Assembly: GCA_016180645.1 (NCBI GenBank) | Contig: JACPAV010000007.1 | Location: 104,888-168,887 of the forward strand | Direction of reading: 5' to 3' | Length of the DNA: 64,000 bases | Origin: Nitrospirota bacterium | GTDB taxonomy: Bacteria > JACPQY01 | Part shown: positions 19,118 through 28,187 of the stretch, in pieces | Layout of the letters: each line of letters begins with the position of its first letter | How positions within the stretch are numbered: the first letter of the stretch is position 1 | Notes under the pieces: generated by a model | Seen by the model: only the letters and a program-made list of their open reading frames with translations | Databases searched by the model: none | Told to the model about the DNA's origin: nothing | Position numbers and translations under genes: made by a program

Positions 19118-20923
19118 TCATGGGGTCTTCTCGCGTCGCCAATACTCTGCGATCTGATCGATGAACAAATCCATCCGGATCATGAAGTTGTCGCGGTCCC
19201 GCAGGAACCCGATGCCGGAGTAGGCTCCCGCGATCCGGTCATACTCAAACCGGAACTTGAAAGGCGCGATGAGGTATTCGACGGCCGGCTGGAGGAGATA
19301 CGAGAGCGAATCGAACTCCCCGTATTCGGCGATCGTGGCGAACGAGGGGGCCAGATAGCCTCGACCCAGCGTGTATCCGGTCTGGATCAGGAAGGTGGAT
19401 TTGTAGCCATTCACCTTCATTCGAACGAATCGCGGCTGCGAGAGGGTCTGGTCTCCCTTTCCCGGAACGGTCAGTCTGGCGACGAAGGCGTCCTCCTGCA
19501 CGCTGAACGAAGCGCCCTTCTGGAGATCGGCCCAATGTTCCCCAATGACCTGGGCGGAGATGAAAAATGTCTGGCGGGGATTGAGCGCCCGAATCCACTG
19601 GTTGTGATCCGCGCCCAGCGCCCACTTCACCACATCGGAGCGCGGGAGCGTCCCTTCGCGCCCGGATTCCAGGACGGCCTTCTGCCGGGCGAGGACATCG
19701 GTGAGGGCAACCGGATCGACTCGCCGGGTTTCGTCCAGCTCGAAGGTGGGCGCGAGAAGCGGGATGTTGGTTTCGGGGAGAAAGTAGGGGTGATCGTAGA
19801 GAAGCGCCGTCTCTCCGCGCAGGATCGTGTAGGGAGAGAAAGGGACCGGGCCCGAAACCGTGGCGCCGGTAATCATGATTTTCGGGTAGGCCAGTTCGAG
19901 AAACGGGGTGCCCTTGGGATATTCCTTGTCGATGATGGGGGCCGTGGACGAAATCGCCGTCTTGATCTGCTTCGTGAGCGACGTATCGAAGGCGAGTCGT
20001 GGTGTGGGCGATTCGGGATAGGTCCAGTAGTGGGCCGTGGTGTAGCTCATGTCGCCGGCGTTGAAGAGCAGACGGCCGCCTGTGCGCGCATCGTCCCATC
20101 GGTTCTTGGAGAGGAGCCGGAGCGAGAGGGGGGATGGGGGACCGGTAATGACCGACCACGGGCCTTCCTGTGGAACGGTGGGACCGGGCGTCAGGGCCGG
20201 GAGAGGCTCGTAGAACCCTTCCAGGGCGACGTTGTAAACCGGACCGGCCGAGCCGACATCGTACGATCCCTTGAGCATGACGGATGGCACGCGCCGCTCG
20301 TCCAGCGGGGTGAGGAATCCTCCGAAGGTCTGGTCGAGCGGATTGATAATGTCCAGAATGCGGAAGACGTCGGCCTCGCCCCAGGAGAGGTTTTGTTTTC
20401 CGATTCGGACGTTGAGATGGCGGAACGCGCGGAAGTCGCCGTAGACTTCATGGATTCGCGATTTCTGCCGGAGATTGTTGCGGACCGGCTCTGGGATGGT
20501 GTCCGTGAAGAGCTTCGGGCCGTAATCGTAAATGCCGTCGTACTCCACTCGCACGCCGAAGAAGAACTTGACCTGATCGATGGCGAGCCGCTCGTCCAGC
20601 ATCTGGAGCGAGGGCGTGACGCTTCCCCGCTTGGACATGTCGATGTTGAGCTGGGGTTCCAGATAGTAGCGGTTCTGGAGAAGCGAGTAGGCCTCCATAT
20701 CGAACGTCGGCACGAAGGTCTGTTGGGGCGATTGCGGATCGCGCAGATCCAGCAGGGTGTACCCTTTTCGGAATCCTTCCGGCTCCTGCGCGAGGAACCG
20801 CGCCTGTGTGTAGGTTTTGAGGGTGACCTGCACGGCCCGATCTTCATCGAGGAAAACGACGGCTCCTGCGGTAGTGGAGTGAGCCGCCAAGACCAACAGC
20901 GCCATAGCGAACGTTCTCTTCAT
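19118..20923 (-). CDS. DUF1302-like outer-membrane protein
   Basis: Signal peptide, RIGKQNLSWGEADVFRILDIINPLD, C-terminal RDRDN; context with DUF1329 and RND. Confidence 0.8.
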   Translation of the reverse strand: MKRTFAMALLVLAAHSTTAGAVVFLDEDRAVQVTLKTYTQARFLAQEPEGFRKGYTLLDLRDPQSPQQTFVPTFDMEAYSLLQNRYYLEPQLNIDMSKRGSVTPSLQMLDERLAIDQVKFFFGVRVEYDGIYDYGPKLFTDTIPEPVRNNLRQKSRIHEVYGDFRAFRHLNVRIGKQNLSWGEADVFRILDIINPLDQTFGGFLTPLDERRVPSVMLKGSYDVGSAGPVYNVALEGFYEPLPALTPGPTVPQEGPWSVITGPPSPLSLRLLSKNRWDDARTGGRLLFNAGDMSYTTAHYWTYPESPTPRLAFDTSLTKQIKTAISSTAPIIDKEYPKGTPFLELAYPKIMITGATVSGPVPFSPYTILRGETALLYDHPYFLPETNIPLLAPTFELDETRRVDPVALTDVLARQKAVLESGREGTLPRSDVVKWALGADHNQWIRALNPRQTFFISAQVIGEHWADLQKGASFSVQEDAFVARLTVPGKGDQTLSQPRFVRMKVNGYKSTFLIQTGYTLGRGYLAPSFATIAEYGEFDSLSYLLQPAVEYLIAPFKFRFEYDRIAGAYSGIGFLRDRDNFMIRMDLFIDQIAEYWRREKTP

Positions 20924-23217
20924 TTAGTCTGGGACCTCCCTGGAAGGATCATTTTGGCCAAGACCGGTACAAAGATCAATGCTCCAATGTAGTTCAAAAT
21001 CATGAGGAGGGCCAGCAAAAGCGCCATTTCGGATGTGAACTTGAGCGGGGTGAATACCCAAAAGATGACCCCGGCCACGAGCGTGGTGGCGGTGAAGAGG
21101 ACCGCCTTGCCCGTGGTCTGGATGGTGGTACGGTAGGCATCGAGGAAGTGGGCCCCCTTCCCCAACTCCTCTTGAAGGCGTTCGTAGACGTAGATGCCGT
21201 AGTCGATGCCCACCCCAATCCCCACGGCGGCCACGGGGAGCGAGTTGATGTTCATGTCGATCCCGCCGAGGTACATGAACGCCTCGGACAGAAATTGGGA
21301 TAGGAGAAGAGGGGGGACGAGGATGAAGGCGGCGCGCAATGACCGATAAAAGAACAGGACCAGGAGGAATGTCGTGCTGAGAACAACGCCGAGGATGAGC
21401 CAATACGACCGTTCGACCTCTTCATTGACCGCGGCCAGGACGCCGAGGAGGCCGCCGGCCAGTCTGAACTTGATCTCGGCGGTGCTCATCTCCTTTGCGA
21501 GGCGCTGTGCTTCGGCCACGATCTTCTCGATGATTCCCGCCGAAAAGTCGGTGTAGAAAAGCGTGACCGTGGCGTCCTTGAAATCGGTGCTGAACAGGCT
21601 TTGGAGTTCCCGGCCCTGCGAGAGGGGGAACGCGATGGCGCCGACGTCGCTCTCGCGGTACGGGAGGATCTCCCAGTTGGGATCGCCCTCCCGGAAGAAC
21701 ATGTAGACGCGACTGACCACTTGCGTCAGCGTGATCGAGCCGGAGGCGTTCGTCGCCTCCTTCAGGCGCTCGGCGAAGCGATCGATCGTCCGGAGATTCT
21801 CGATCTTTTTCACGGCTCCCGCCTGATCGCCCTCGACGATGACGACGAACCGGTTGGAGCCGGCGAAATTCTTGTTTACGTGCTCGGTGGCGACGTTGTA
21901 GGGGTGGTCAGCGGGCAGGATGGCCGCGCCCGGCATGAGGTTGCCCACGCGGAGCCGGGTGCCCACAATTCCCCCGCCCACGATGAGGACGATGAACAGA
22001 ACGAACATGGCCTTGATTCGCCGTTCCCCGGCCAGAATGCGGATCTCGATGCGGGCCAGGAGGTCGTAGAACTTGCGCGAGGAAAAATAGGGCTTTGATC
22101 CCGGAGGGGGGAAGAGAGAAAGCAGCACCGGCGACACCGTCAGCACCCCGATGAGAATGCTGCCGATCCAGAAGCTGGAATAGACGGCGAGTTTCCACAT
22201 CAGAGGAATGCCGGAGACGGCGATCGTCAGAATGCCGAGTCCATCGGTGATGATCGACAGGAGGGCCGGGCGCATGAGGGGTTTGAATGAACCTTGGACG
22301 GCCGCCACCTTGTTCGGATACTTCCCGAAGTCGGTGTAGTAACGCTCCATGATTTGCACCGAGTGGCTGAGGGCCCTCGCGGAGAGGAGGAGCGGGACGA
22401 CGAGGAGGAGCGGATCGATGGCGAGTCCGACCAGGCCCGCCATGCCGAGGCCCCACTCGGCGGACACCAGCGCGGCCACGAATGGAATGACCACCCCTTT
22501 CCCGTCGCCGAAGAAAAAGAACAGCATGAGGAGCAGTGCGGCGGCCGTAATCGCGAAGACCATGTGGATTCGCGGCATGTAGTGGTGAATCCACGAGTAC
22601 AGGGCGGGAAAGCCCGTGATGTGAATTTCGGTGGAAGGGGAGGTGAACTTGGACTGGAATTCCTGGAGTCGGTCCCCGAGGTAATGGAAGTCGAGTTCCT
22701 CTTCCCAGAGACCCACGACCAACAAGGTTGATCGCCCATCTTCCGAAACGATGAACCCCTTGACCCCTTGATTGCGTTCGATGTTGAGCCGGATTTCATT
22801 GGAATCTTTTTCGTCCTTGGGGAGCGATTCGACGATCGGGGCCGAAGCGACGGAGAACCCCCGCACTCGGAAACCGCGGACGGAGGGGTGTGTCAGCGAA
22901 ATCACCTGGAAGGGGTTGACCCCCTTCGTATCCATGAGGAACCGCGTGGCTTCATCGAGCTTCCGCATGAACGGCGGGTCGACCACGTGGCCTTCCTTGT
23001 TTTCCATCACGACGAGCAGGAGATTGGCCGTGCCGAAGAGCTTCCGGAACTCCCGGTAGACCTTGATGAAGGGATGGCGGGGCGGATACAGCTCGAAAAA
23101 ATTCGTGTGAATGCGAACGCGGCTCAGTTCGTAGCCGAAGAAGATCGTGCCGAGGATGGCGAAAGCGAGGGCGGCCACCCGGTGGCGGAGAACGAAAGCG
23201 AGGTAGCGCGCCGTCAT
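20920..23217 (-). CDS. RND/MMPL family transporter
   Basis: Two-repeat multi-TM architecture, ARALSHSVQ, GIGVGIDYGIY; start overlaps upstream stop. Confidence 0.9.
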   Translation of the reverse strand: MTARYLAFVLRHRVAALAFAILGTIFFGYELSRVRIHTNFFELYPPRHPFIKVYREFRKLFGTANLLLVVMENKEGHVVDPPFMRKLDEATRFLMDTKGVNPFQVISLTHPSVRGFRVRGFSVASAPIVESLPKDEKDSNEIRLNIERNQGVKGFIVSEDGRSTLLVVGLWEEELDFHYLGDRLQEFQSKFTSPSTEIHITGFPALYSWIHHYMPRIHMVFAITAAALLLMLFFFFGDGKGVVIPFVAALVSAEWGLGMAGLVGLAIDPLLLVVPLLLSARALSHSVQIMERYYTDFGKYPNKVAAVQGSFKPLMRPALLSIITDGLGILTIAVSGIPLMWKLAVYSSFWIGSILIGVLTVSPVLLSLFPPPGSKPYFSSRKFYDLLARIEIRILAGERRIKAMFVLFIVLIVGGGIVGTRLRVGNLMPGAAILPADHPYNVATEHVNKNFAGSNRFVVIVEGDQAGAVKKIENLRTIDRFAERLKEATNASGSITLTQVVSRVYMFFREGDPNWEILPYRESDVGAIAFPLSQGRELQSLFSTDFKDATVTLFYTDFSAGIIEKIVAEAQRLAKEMSTAEIKFRLAGGLLGVLAAVNEEVERSYWLILGVVLSTTFLLVLFFYRSLRAAFILVPPLLLSQFLSEAFMYLGGIDMNINSLPVAAVGIGVGIDYGIYVYERLQEELGKGAHFLDAYRTTIQTTGKAVLFTATTLVAGVIFWVFTPLKFTSEMALLLALLMILNYIGALIFVPVLAKMILPGRSQTK

Positions 23218-24299
23218 GGGGAGACCTTCACGACGGTTCCTTTTTGGCCGGCGAACAAGCACGAGCCATCCGGGAGGACCAGCGCCTTGCGGAACCACAG
23301 GGCATCGTAGTCCGGATTTCGAACGCGGTCCCACGCACGGCCCTCATCGAAGCTGAAAGCCATGAGACCATCGGAACCGGTGAGGCAGATCGTGCGCCCT
23401 TTCGCGTCGCCATCGAATATGGCGTTGTCACCGATGGGCAGTTCGATTTTCTCAACGCGGGGGAACGTTCGGGGCTTGCCGAAGTGAAGCTTGAAGAGGG
23501 TTCCGAGGGAGCCGCCGGTCCATAACACTTTTCCGTCTCCGGTGACGAAGAACAGCGTCGGACCTTCCTCGGCTTCGGCGTCCTCCGGTGACGCGGAAGA
23601 AGATTTCTGGAGGGCCATGTCGTGGAACGTCTTTCCGCCGTCCTTTGATTCGAAGAGTTTTCCTCTCTCCGCAGCCACGTACAGCGTTCCATCATCCAAC
23701 GCCAGGATGTCGTTCAGGATGACGTCGTTCCTTACGAAGAAATCGTGACCCGAGTCGGAGAGGGTGGCTGCCGCCTGGGGCGGTATCTCGCTGCCCTTGC
23801 CGTACGACTCCCCCGAACCGGGATCGGCAACATCGCGCGTGAGCACGGGAACGCCCATGAAATCGGGGCCGAATTTCACTTCGAGCGGCTGCTCGACCCA
23901 GGATTTCCCGGAATCCTCCGAACGGAGAAGGGTGCCCCAATCTCCGACGGCGATCAGGCGGGTATCAGAGACAACGCCGATGCTCAGCAGATGATAGGAA
24001 GATGGGGTCTGGTTGCGGGACCACGTTCGCCCGCGATCGCGACTCAGGAACATGGAGCCGCCTTCACCGGCAACGGCCATGAGATCACCGTGCCTATCGA
24101 TGGCCGTGATCAATCCGTCCCCGAAGTAGTTGCAGGACTCCTGCTTCGGTTCGAGTTGGATCCGGCAGACGGCGCCGCGCTTGCCCGTTGCCCAGAAGTC
24201 GTTCCCGCCGGCCGGGGAAAGCGAATGGATGTCCCTGGGGAATTGGAAGCTGGTTGTTGAGAACTGCAATAGGGCGAGGACTCCCAGCCAGACGTGCAT
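23214..24299 (-). CDS. YCF48-related BNR/beta-propeller protein
   Basis: Repeated S.D.G.TW Asp-box motifs; signal peptide. Confidence 0.85.
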   Translation of the reverse strand: MHVWLGVLALLQFSTTSFQFPRDIHSLSPAGGNDFWATGKRGAVCRIQLEPKQESCNYFGDGLITAIDRHGDLMAVAGEGGSMFLSRDRGRTWSRNQTPSSYHLLSIGVVSDTRLIAVGDWGTLLRSEDSGKSWVEQPLEVKFGPDFMGVPVLTRDVADPGSGESYGKGSEIPPQAAATLSDSGHDFFVRNDVILNDILALDDGTLYVAAERGKLFESKDGGKTFHDMALQKSSSASPEDAEAEEGPTLFFVTGDGKVLWTGGSLGTLFKLHFGKPRTFPRVEKIELPIGDNAIFDGDAKGRTICLTGSDGLMAFSFDEGRAWDRVRNPDYDALWFRKALVLPDGSCLFAGQKGTVVKVSP

Positions 24300-24359
24300 G
24301 AGTGATTCATAGGCCGGGTGGCCGCAAAGTTCAAGGGATTAATCCCATGGAAGTGCGTA

Positions 24360-24388
24360 TTGCACTTTGGCCTCCCCGCCTGTATAAA
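24360..24388 (+). promoter_or_regulatory. sigma70-type promoter of tRNA-Lys
   Basis: TTGCAC-17 bp-TATAAA, 13 bp upstream of the tRNA. Confidence 0.6.
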
Positions 24389-24401
24389 AAACGGGCTTTT
24401 G

Positions 24402-24470
<69 letters not shown>

Positions 24471-24474
<4 letters not shown>

Positions 24475-24613
24475 TGGAAGGGCACGTACTCACGCGCCCG
24501 CGAGCCAGGATGGTGAGCGCCGGGCCAATCGCGCAAGTGCGGCCCAGGACGGGCACGTACTTGCGCACACGCGAGCCACGATGGTGAGCCACAGGCCAAT
24601 CGCGTGTGTGCGG
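24471..24613. repeat. two tandem ~70-bp palindromic units at the tRNA 3' end
   Basis: Units 24471-24539 and 24543-24610, each preceded and followed by CGG. Confidence 0.8.
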
Positions 24614-24780
24614 TCCATGCCACAAGACGGTCTCCAACCGACCCGCGTTGCCAACTCCATGGATTTGAGCTACATACCGCAGGGTAAGCTGAAGCATGAA
24701 ACGACAACGGCCAAAGGGGGGAGCGGAATCCCGGTCAATCCAGCATGTCAGTCTCCTGGGTCGGGCGGCGGCAGCCATCC

Positions 24781-26790
24781 ATGAATAACTTTGGCGAGAA
24801 GGTCAATTTCATCTGGTCGGTGGCCGACCTGCTGCGCGGGCCGTACAGGCCGAACCAGTACAAGGACGTGATGCTGCCCCTGACCGTTCTCCGGCGGCTG
24901 GATTGCGTCCTGGAACCTACAAAGGCGAAAGTCCTAGAGAAGCTGAAGAGTCTCCAGGGCGGCAAAGTGAAAAACGTCGAGCCGATTCTGTGCCGCGTCG
25001 CCGGCGTGCCGTTCTACAACACCAGCCGGTTCTCGTTCGAGAAGCTGAAGGGCGATCCGAACAATGTCGCCGCCAATCTCACCCACTACATCAAGGGATT
25101 CTCCAGCCGCGCCCGGGAAATCATCGAGCATTTCGGGTTCGAGGAGCACATCGCCAAGCTCGACAAGGCGGATCGCCTTTTCCTCGTCGTCTCGAAGTTC
25201 TGCGAGATCGATCTCCACCCGGACAAGGTGCCGAACATCGAAATGGGCACGATCTTCGAGGAGCTGATCCGAAAGTTCAACGAGGCGTCGAACGAGGAAG
25301 CAGGCGACCACTTCACGCCCCGCGAGGTCATCCGACTCATGGTGAACCTGCTCTTCCTGCCGGACAACGACGTGTTGACCACCAAGGGCATCGTCAAAAC
25401 CCTTTATGATCCGGCGGCTGGAACGGGTGGAATGCTCTCCGTGGCCGAGGAGTATGTGCGTGAACTGAATCCGGACGCCCGACTGGAGGTCTTCGGTCAG
25501 GACTTCAACCCGCAAGCCTACGCTATTTGCGGGTCGGACATGATGATCAAGGGGCAGAGCCTCGACAACATCCGATTCGGCGACAGCTTTACCCAGGACC
25601 ATCATGCGGGCAGAAACTTCGACTACATGCTCGCGAATCCACCTTTTGGCGTGGAATGGAAACCGCAGGAGAAGGTCATCCGCAAGGAGCACGAGGAACA
25701 GGGATTCGGCGGACGCTTTGGAGCGGGACTGCCGCGCATCAACGATGGATCGTTCCTGTTCCTCCAGCACATGATCGGCAAGATGAAGGAGGCGAAGGAG
25801 GGCGGTACGCGGTTGGGGATCGTCTTCAACGGCTCGCCCCTTTTCACAGGGTCGGCGGGATCGGGCGAGAGCGAGATCAGAAAATGGATCATCGAGAACG
25901 ACTGGCTGGAAGGCATAGTCGCCCTCCCGGACCAGCTTTTCTACAACACCGGCATCTACACATACCTGTGGATTGTCACGAACCGGAAGGAGAAGAGTCG
26001 GCGCGGGAAGATCCAGCTTGTGAATGGGACGACATTTTTCTCGAAGATGCGCAAGAGCCTCGGACAGAAACGGCATGAGATCGGCGAGTCCCATCGCAAC
26101 GAGATCACGCGCCTCTATGGTGAATTCAAGGAGGGGGAATTCGTCCGCATTTTCGACAATCCGGATTTCGGATACCGCCGGATCACCGTGGATCGCCCGC
26201 TCCGGCTTAATTTCGCGGTTACTGAAGAACGAGTGGCCCGTCTGCGGGAAGCCTCGGCCTTCATGAGCCTTGCGGCGAGCCAGAAAAAGGACAAGAAGCT
26301 CAGGCTGGCGAAGGAGGGGGCGGGGCAGGAAGAGCAGAAGCTCATTCTGGCAATTCTCAAGAACAAGATGGACACCTCCACCTTCAAGAATCGCGAGGAA
26401 TTTCTCGGAAGACTCAAGCAGGCGTTCACAGACGGCCACTGGACGGTCGGCGGCCCGCTGATCAAAGCCGTCCTGGAATCCCTTTCCGAGCGGGACGAAA
26501 GCGCCGAAATTTGCCAGGACTTCAAGGGGAATCCCGAACCCGATCCGGAACTGCGCGACTACGAGAATGTTCCCCTCAAGGAAGACGTGACGGAGTACAT
26601 GAAGCGCGAAGTCCTCCCTCACGTTGCTGATTGCTGGGTTGACGAGTCGAAAACCAAGATCGGCTACGAGATCAACTTCAACCGGTATTTCTACAAGTAT
26701 GCACCTCCGCGTCCGCTCGCGGAAATCGAGGCGGACCTGAAGAAAATCGAGGGCGAGATTGCGGCAATGCTGGGGGAGACGTCCGAATGA
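24781..26790 (+). CDS. hsdM: type I restriction-modification methyltransferase subunit
   Basis: FIWSVADLLRG, GDHFTPREVI, YDPAAGTGGML, ANPPFG, IGYEINFNRYFY. Confidence 0.95.
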   Translation: MNNFGEKVNFIWSVADLLRGPYRPNQYKDVMLPLTVLRRLDCVLEPTKAKVLEKLKSLQGGKVKNVEPILCRVAGVPFYNTSRFSFEKLKGDPNNVAANLTHYIKGFSSRAREIIEHFGFEEHIAKLDKADRLFLVVSKFCEIDLHPDKVPNIEMGTIFEELIRKFNEASNEEAGDHFTPREVIRLMVNLLFLPDNDVLTTKGIVKTLYDPAAGTGGMLSVAEEYVRELNPDARLEVFGQDFNPQAYAICGSDMMIKGQSLDNIRFGDSFTQDHHAGRNFDYMLANPPFGVEWKPQEKVIRKEHEEQGFGGRFGAGLPRINDGSFLFLQHMIGKMKEAKEGGTRLGIVFNGSPLFTGSAGSGESEIRKWIIENDWLEGIVALPDQLFYNTGIYTYLWIVTNRKEKSRRGKIQLVNGTTFFSKMRKSLGQKRHEIGESHRNEITRLYGEFKEGEFVRIFDNPDFGYRRITVDRPLRLNFAVTEERVARLREASAFMSLAASQKKDKKLRLAKEGAGQEEQKLILAILKNKMDTSTFKNREEFLGRLKQAFTDGHWTVGGPLIKAVLESLSERDESAEICQDFKGNPEPDPELRDYENVPLKEDVTEYMKREVLPHVADCWVDESKTKIGYEINFNRYFYKYAPPRPLAEIEADLKKIEGEIAAMLGETSE

Positions 26791-27386
26791 AATACGGCCG
26801 CCGGTCCGTCCGCTTGCAGGGCTACGACTACGCCCAATCCGGCGCGTATTTCGTGACGATGTGCGCGCAGGGGAGGGAATGCCTTTTCGGTGACGTGGTA
26901 GACGGCGACATCGTGTTGAATGACGCGGGACGAATCACGGAACGATGTTGGTTGGCAATTCCGGCCCATTTCCCCCATGTTCAATTGGACGTATTCGTCG
27001 TTATGCCCAACCATCTTCATGGGGTCTTGTTGATCTACGACATCCCCGCCGCATCGGCCGTATCCGTAGGGGCGAAAAATATTTCGCCCCTACAATCCGA
27101 CAAATCCGCCGGCCAACGGCCACGTGGGACATCGAAAACCATCGGTTCGGTCATTCGTGGATTCAAAATCGGCGTGACCAAATGGTTCCGGCAAAACACC
27201 TCGATCCACATGGTGTGGCAACGCAATTACTACGAACACGTCGTTCGCAACGACGACGAATTGAACCGCATCCGGGAATACATCGTCAATAACCCGGCGC
27301 AATGGGAAATGGATCTGGAGAATCCAGCTGCGGGAGCGATCCGGCGGGTTGTCCCAACGGAAAGGCCGTGCGAAGACGCACAATGA
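26787..27386 (+). CDS. REP-associated tyrosine transposase (RAYT/IS200-like HUH)
   Basis: RRSVRLQGYDY, YFVTMC, MPNHLHG (HUH), WQRNYYEHVVR, YIVNNP. Confidence 0.9.
   Translation: MKYGRRSVRLQGYDYAQSGAYFVTMCAQGRECLFGDVVDGDIVLNDAGRITERCWLAIPAHFPHVQLDVFVVMPNHLHGVLLIYDIPAASAVSVGAKNISPLQSDKSAGQRPRGTSKTIGSVIRGFKIGVTKWFRQNTSIHMVWQRNYYEHVVRNDDELNRIREYIVNNPAQWEMDLENPAAGAIRRVVPTERPCEDAQ
27066..27093. repeat. intragenic GTAG REP palindrome
   Basis: GTAGGGGCGAAA-aata-TTTCGCCCCTAC, in frame within the RAYT gene. Confidence 0.85.
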
Positions 27387-27422
27387 CACATTGTGCGTAT
27401 GCGAAGTACACCCCGCCCATTC

Positions 27423-27438
27423 ACACCAATATTAGTGT
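27423..27438. promoter_or_regulatory. candidate antitoxin operator palindrome
   Basis: ACACCAATATTAGTGT (14/16 palindromic) just upstream of the toxin start. Confidence 0.45.
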
Positions 27439-27447
27439 TGACACATC

Positions 27448-27801
27448 GTGGAGTTCAGCGTAGAGTTCTACGAGTCGCCCGCGGGCCGATGTCCGGTTCG
27501 GGAGTTCCTTGAGGAATTGAGAACGGACGACCCGGATGACTTTGCAGCGGTAATGGCGGGACTCGTGAAGCTCCGGCAAAGGCGGAATCACCGGCCGCCG
27601 ATTTCGAAGCCGGTGGGCGGGGGATTATTCGAACTGCGGCATGTGGGCAAGTTGAATTCGAGAGTGATGTACTTCTTTGTGAGGGGACGGCGGATTGTGA
27701 CTGTACACGGGATACGCAACAAGGCGCGAGACATCTCCCCTCGTGATCGGGTGGCGGCATTGGAGCGGATGAGAGACTGGCGGGCGAGGAACGAAGCATG
27801 A
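27448..27801 (+). CDS. RelE/Gp49 (HigB-like) toxin
   Basis: VEFYE...CPVREFL, GLFELR, RVMYFF, HG..K; toxin-first order. Confidence 0.85.
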   Translation: MEFSVEFYESPAGRCPVREFLEELRTDDPDDFAAVMAGLVKLRQRRNHRPPISKPVGGGLFELRHVGKLNSRVMYFFVRGRRIVTVHGIRNKARDISPRDRVAALERMRDWRARNEA

Positions 27802-28139
27802 AAAAGACGAATTTCGACATCTATTTGGAAGAACAGATGAGAGACAAGGCTTTTGCGGCGCGGTTCCGTCGGGCGGGTGAGGCGTGGGACGTGGCCCTCC
27901 AGATTGCGGCGCTTCGGAAAGAGGCGGGTCTTTCGCAGAAGGAACTTGCCAAACGACTCCGCACGACCCAGCAACAGGTCAGTCGCTTGGAGTCGACGTC
28001 CTACGAGGGTCATTCGCTCAGCATGCTCCGCCGGGTTGCGGCGGCGCTGGACGCCCGCGTCCGGGTGGTCCTCGAGCCGGCCCGCTCCCGCGGGCACACC
28101 ATCCTTGCAGAGCGGCAGGCCAAATATGGAATCCGGTGA
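27798..28139 (+). CDS. HTH antitoxin (HigA-like)
   Basis: LRKEAGLSQKELAKRLRTTQQQVSRLE; ATGA overlap with toxin. Confidence 0.88.
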   Translation: MKKTNFDIYLEEQMRDKAFAARFRRAGEAWDVALQIAALRKEAGLSQKELAKRLRTTQQQVSRLESTSYEGHSLSMLRRVAAALDARVRVVLEPARSRGHTILAERQAKYGIR

Positions 28140-28187
28140 GACCGAGGGTTGAGGGGGCGGTGTGATGAGAAAGAGAAGGCAAGGCCT

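Noticed and set aside
24934-26622. Long antisense ORFs (also 36436-38058, 41597-43102, 19535-20992, 5481-6665)
   Set aside because: Shadow frames of well-supported genes in GC-rich DNA with no recognisable motifs.
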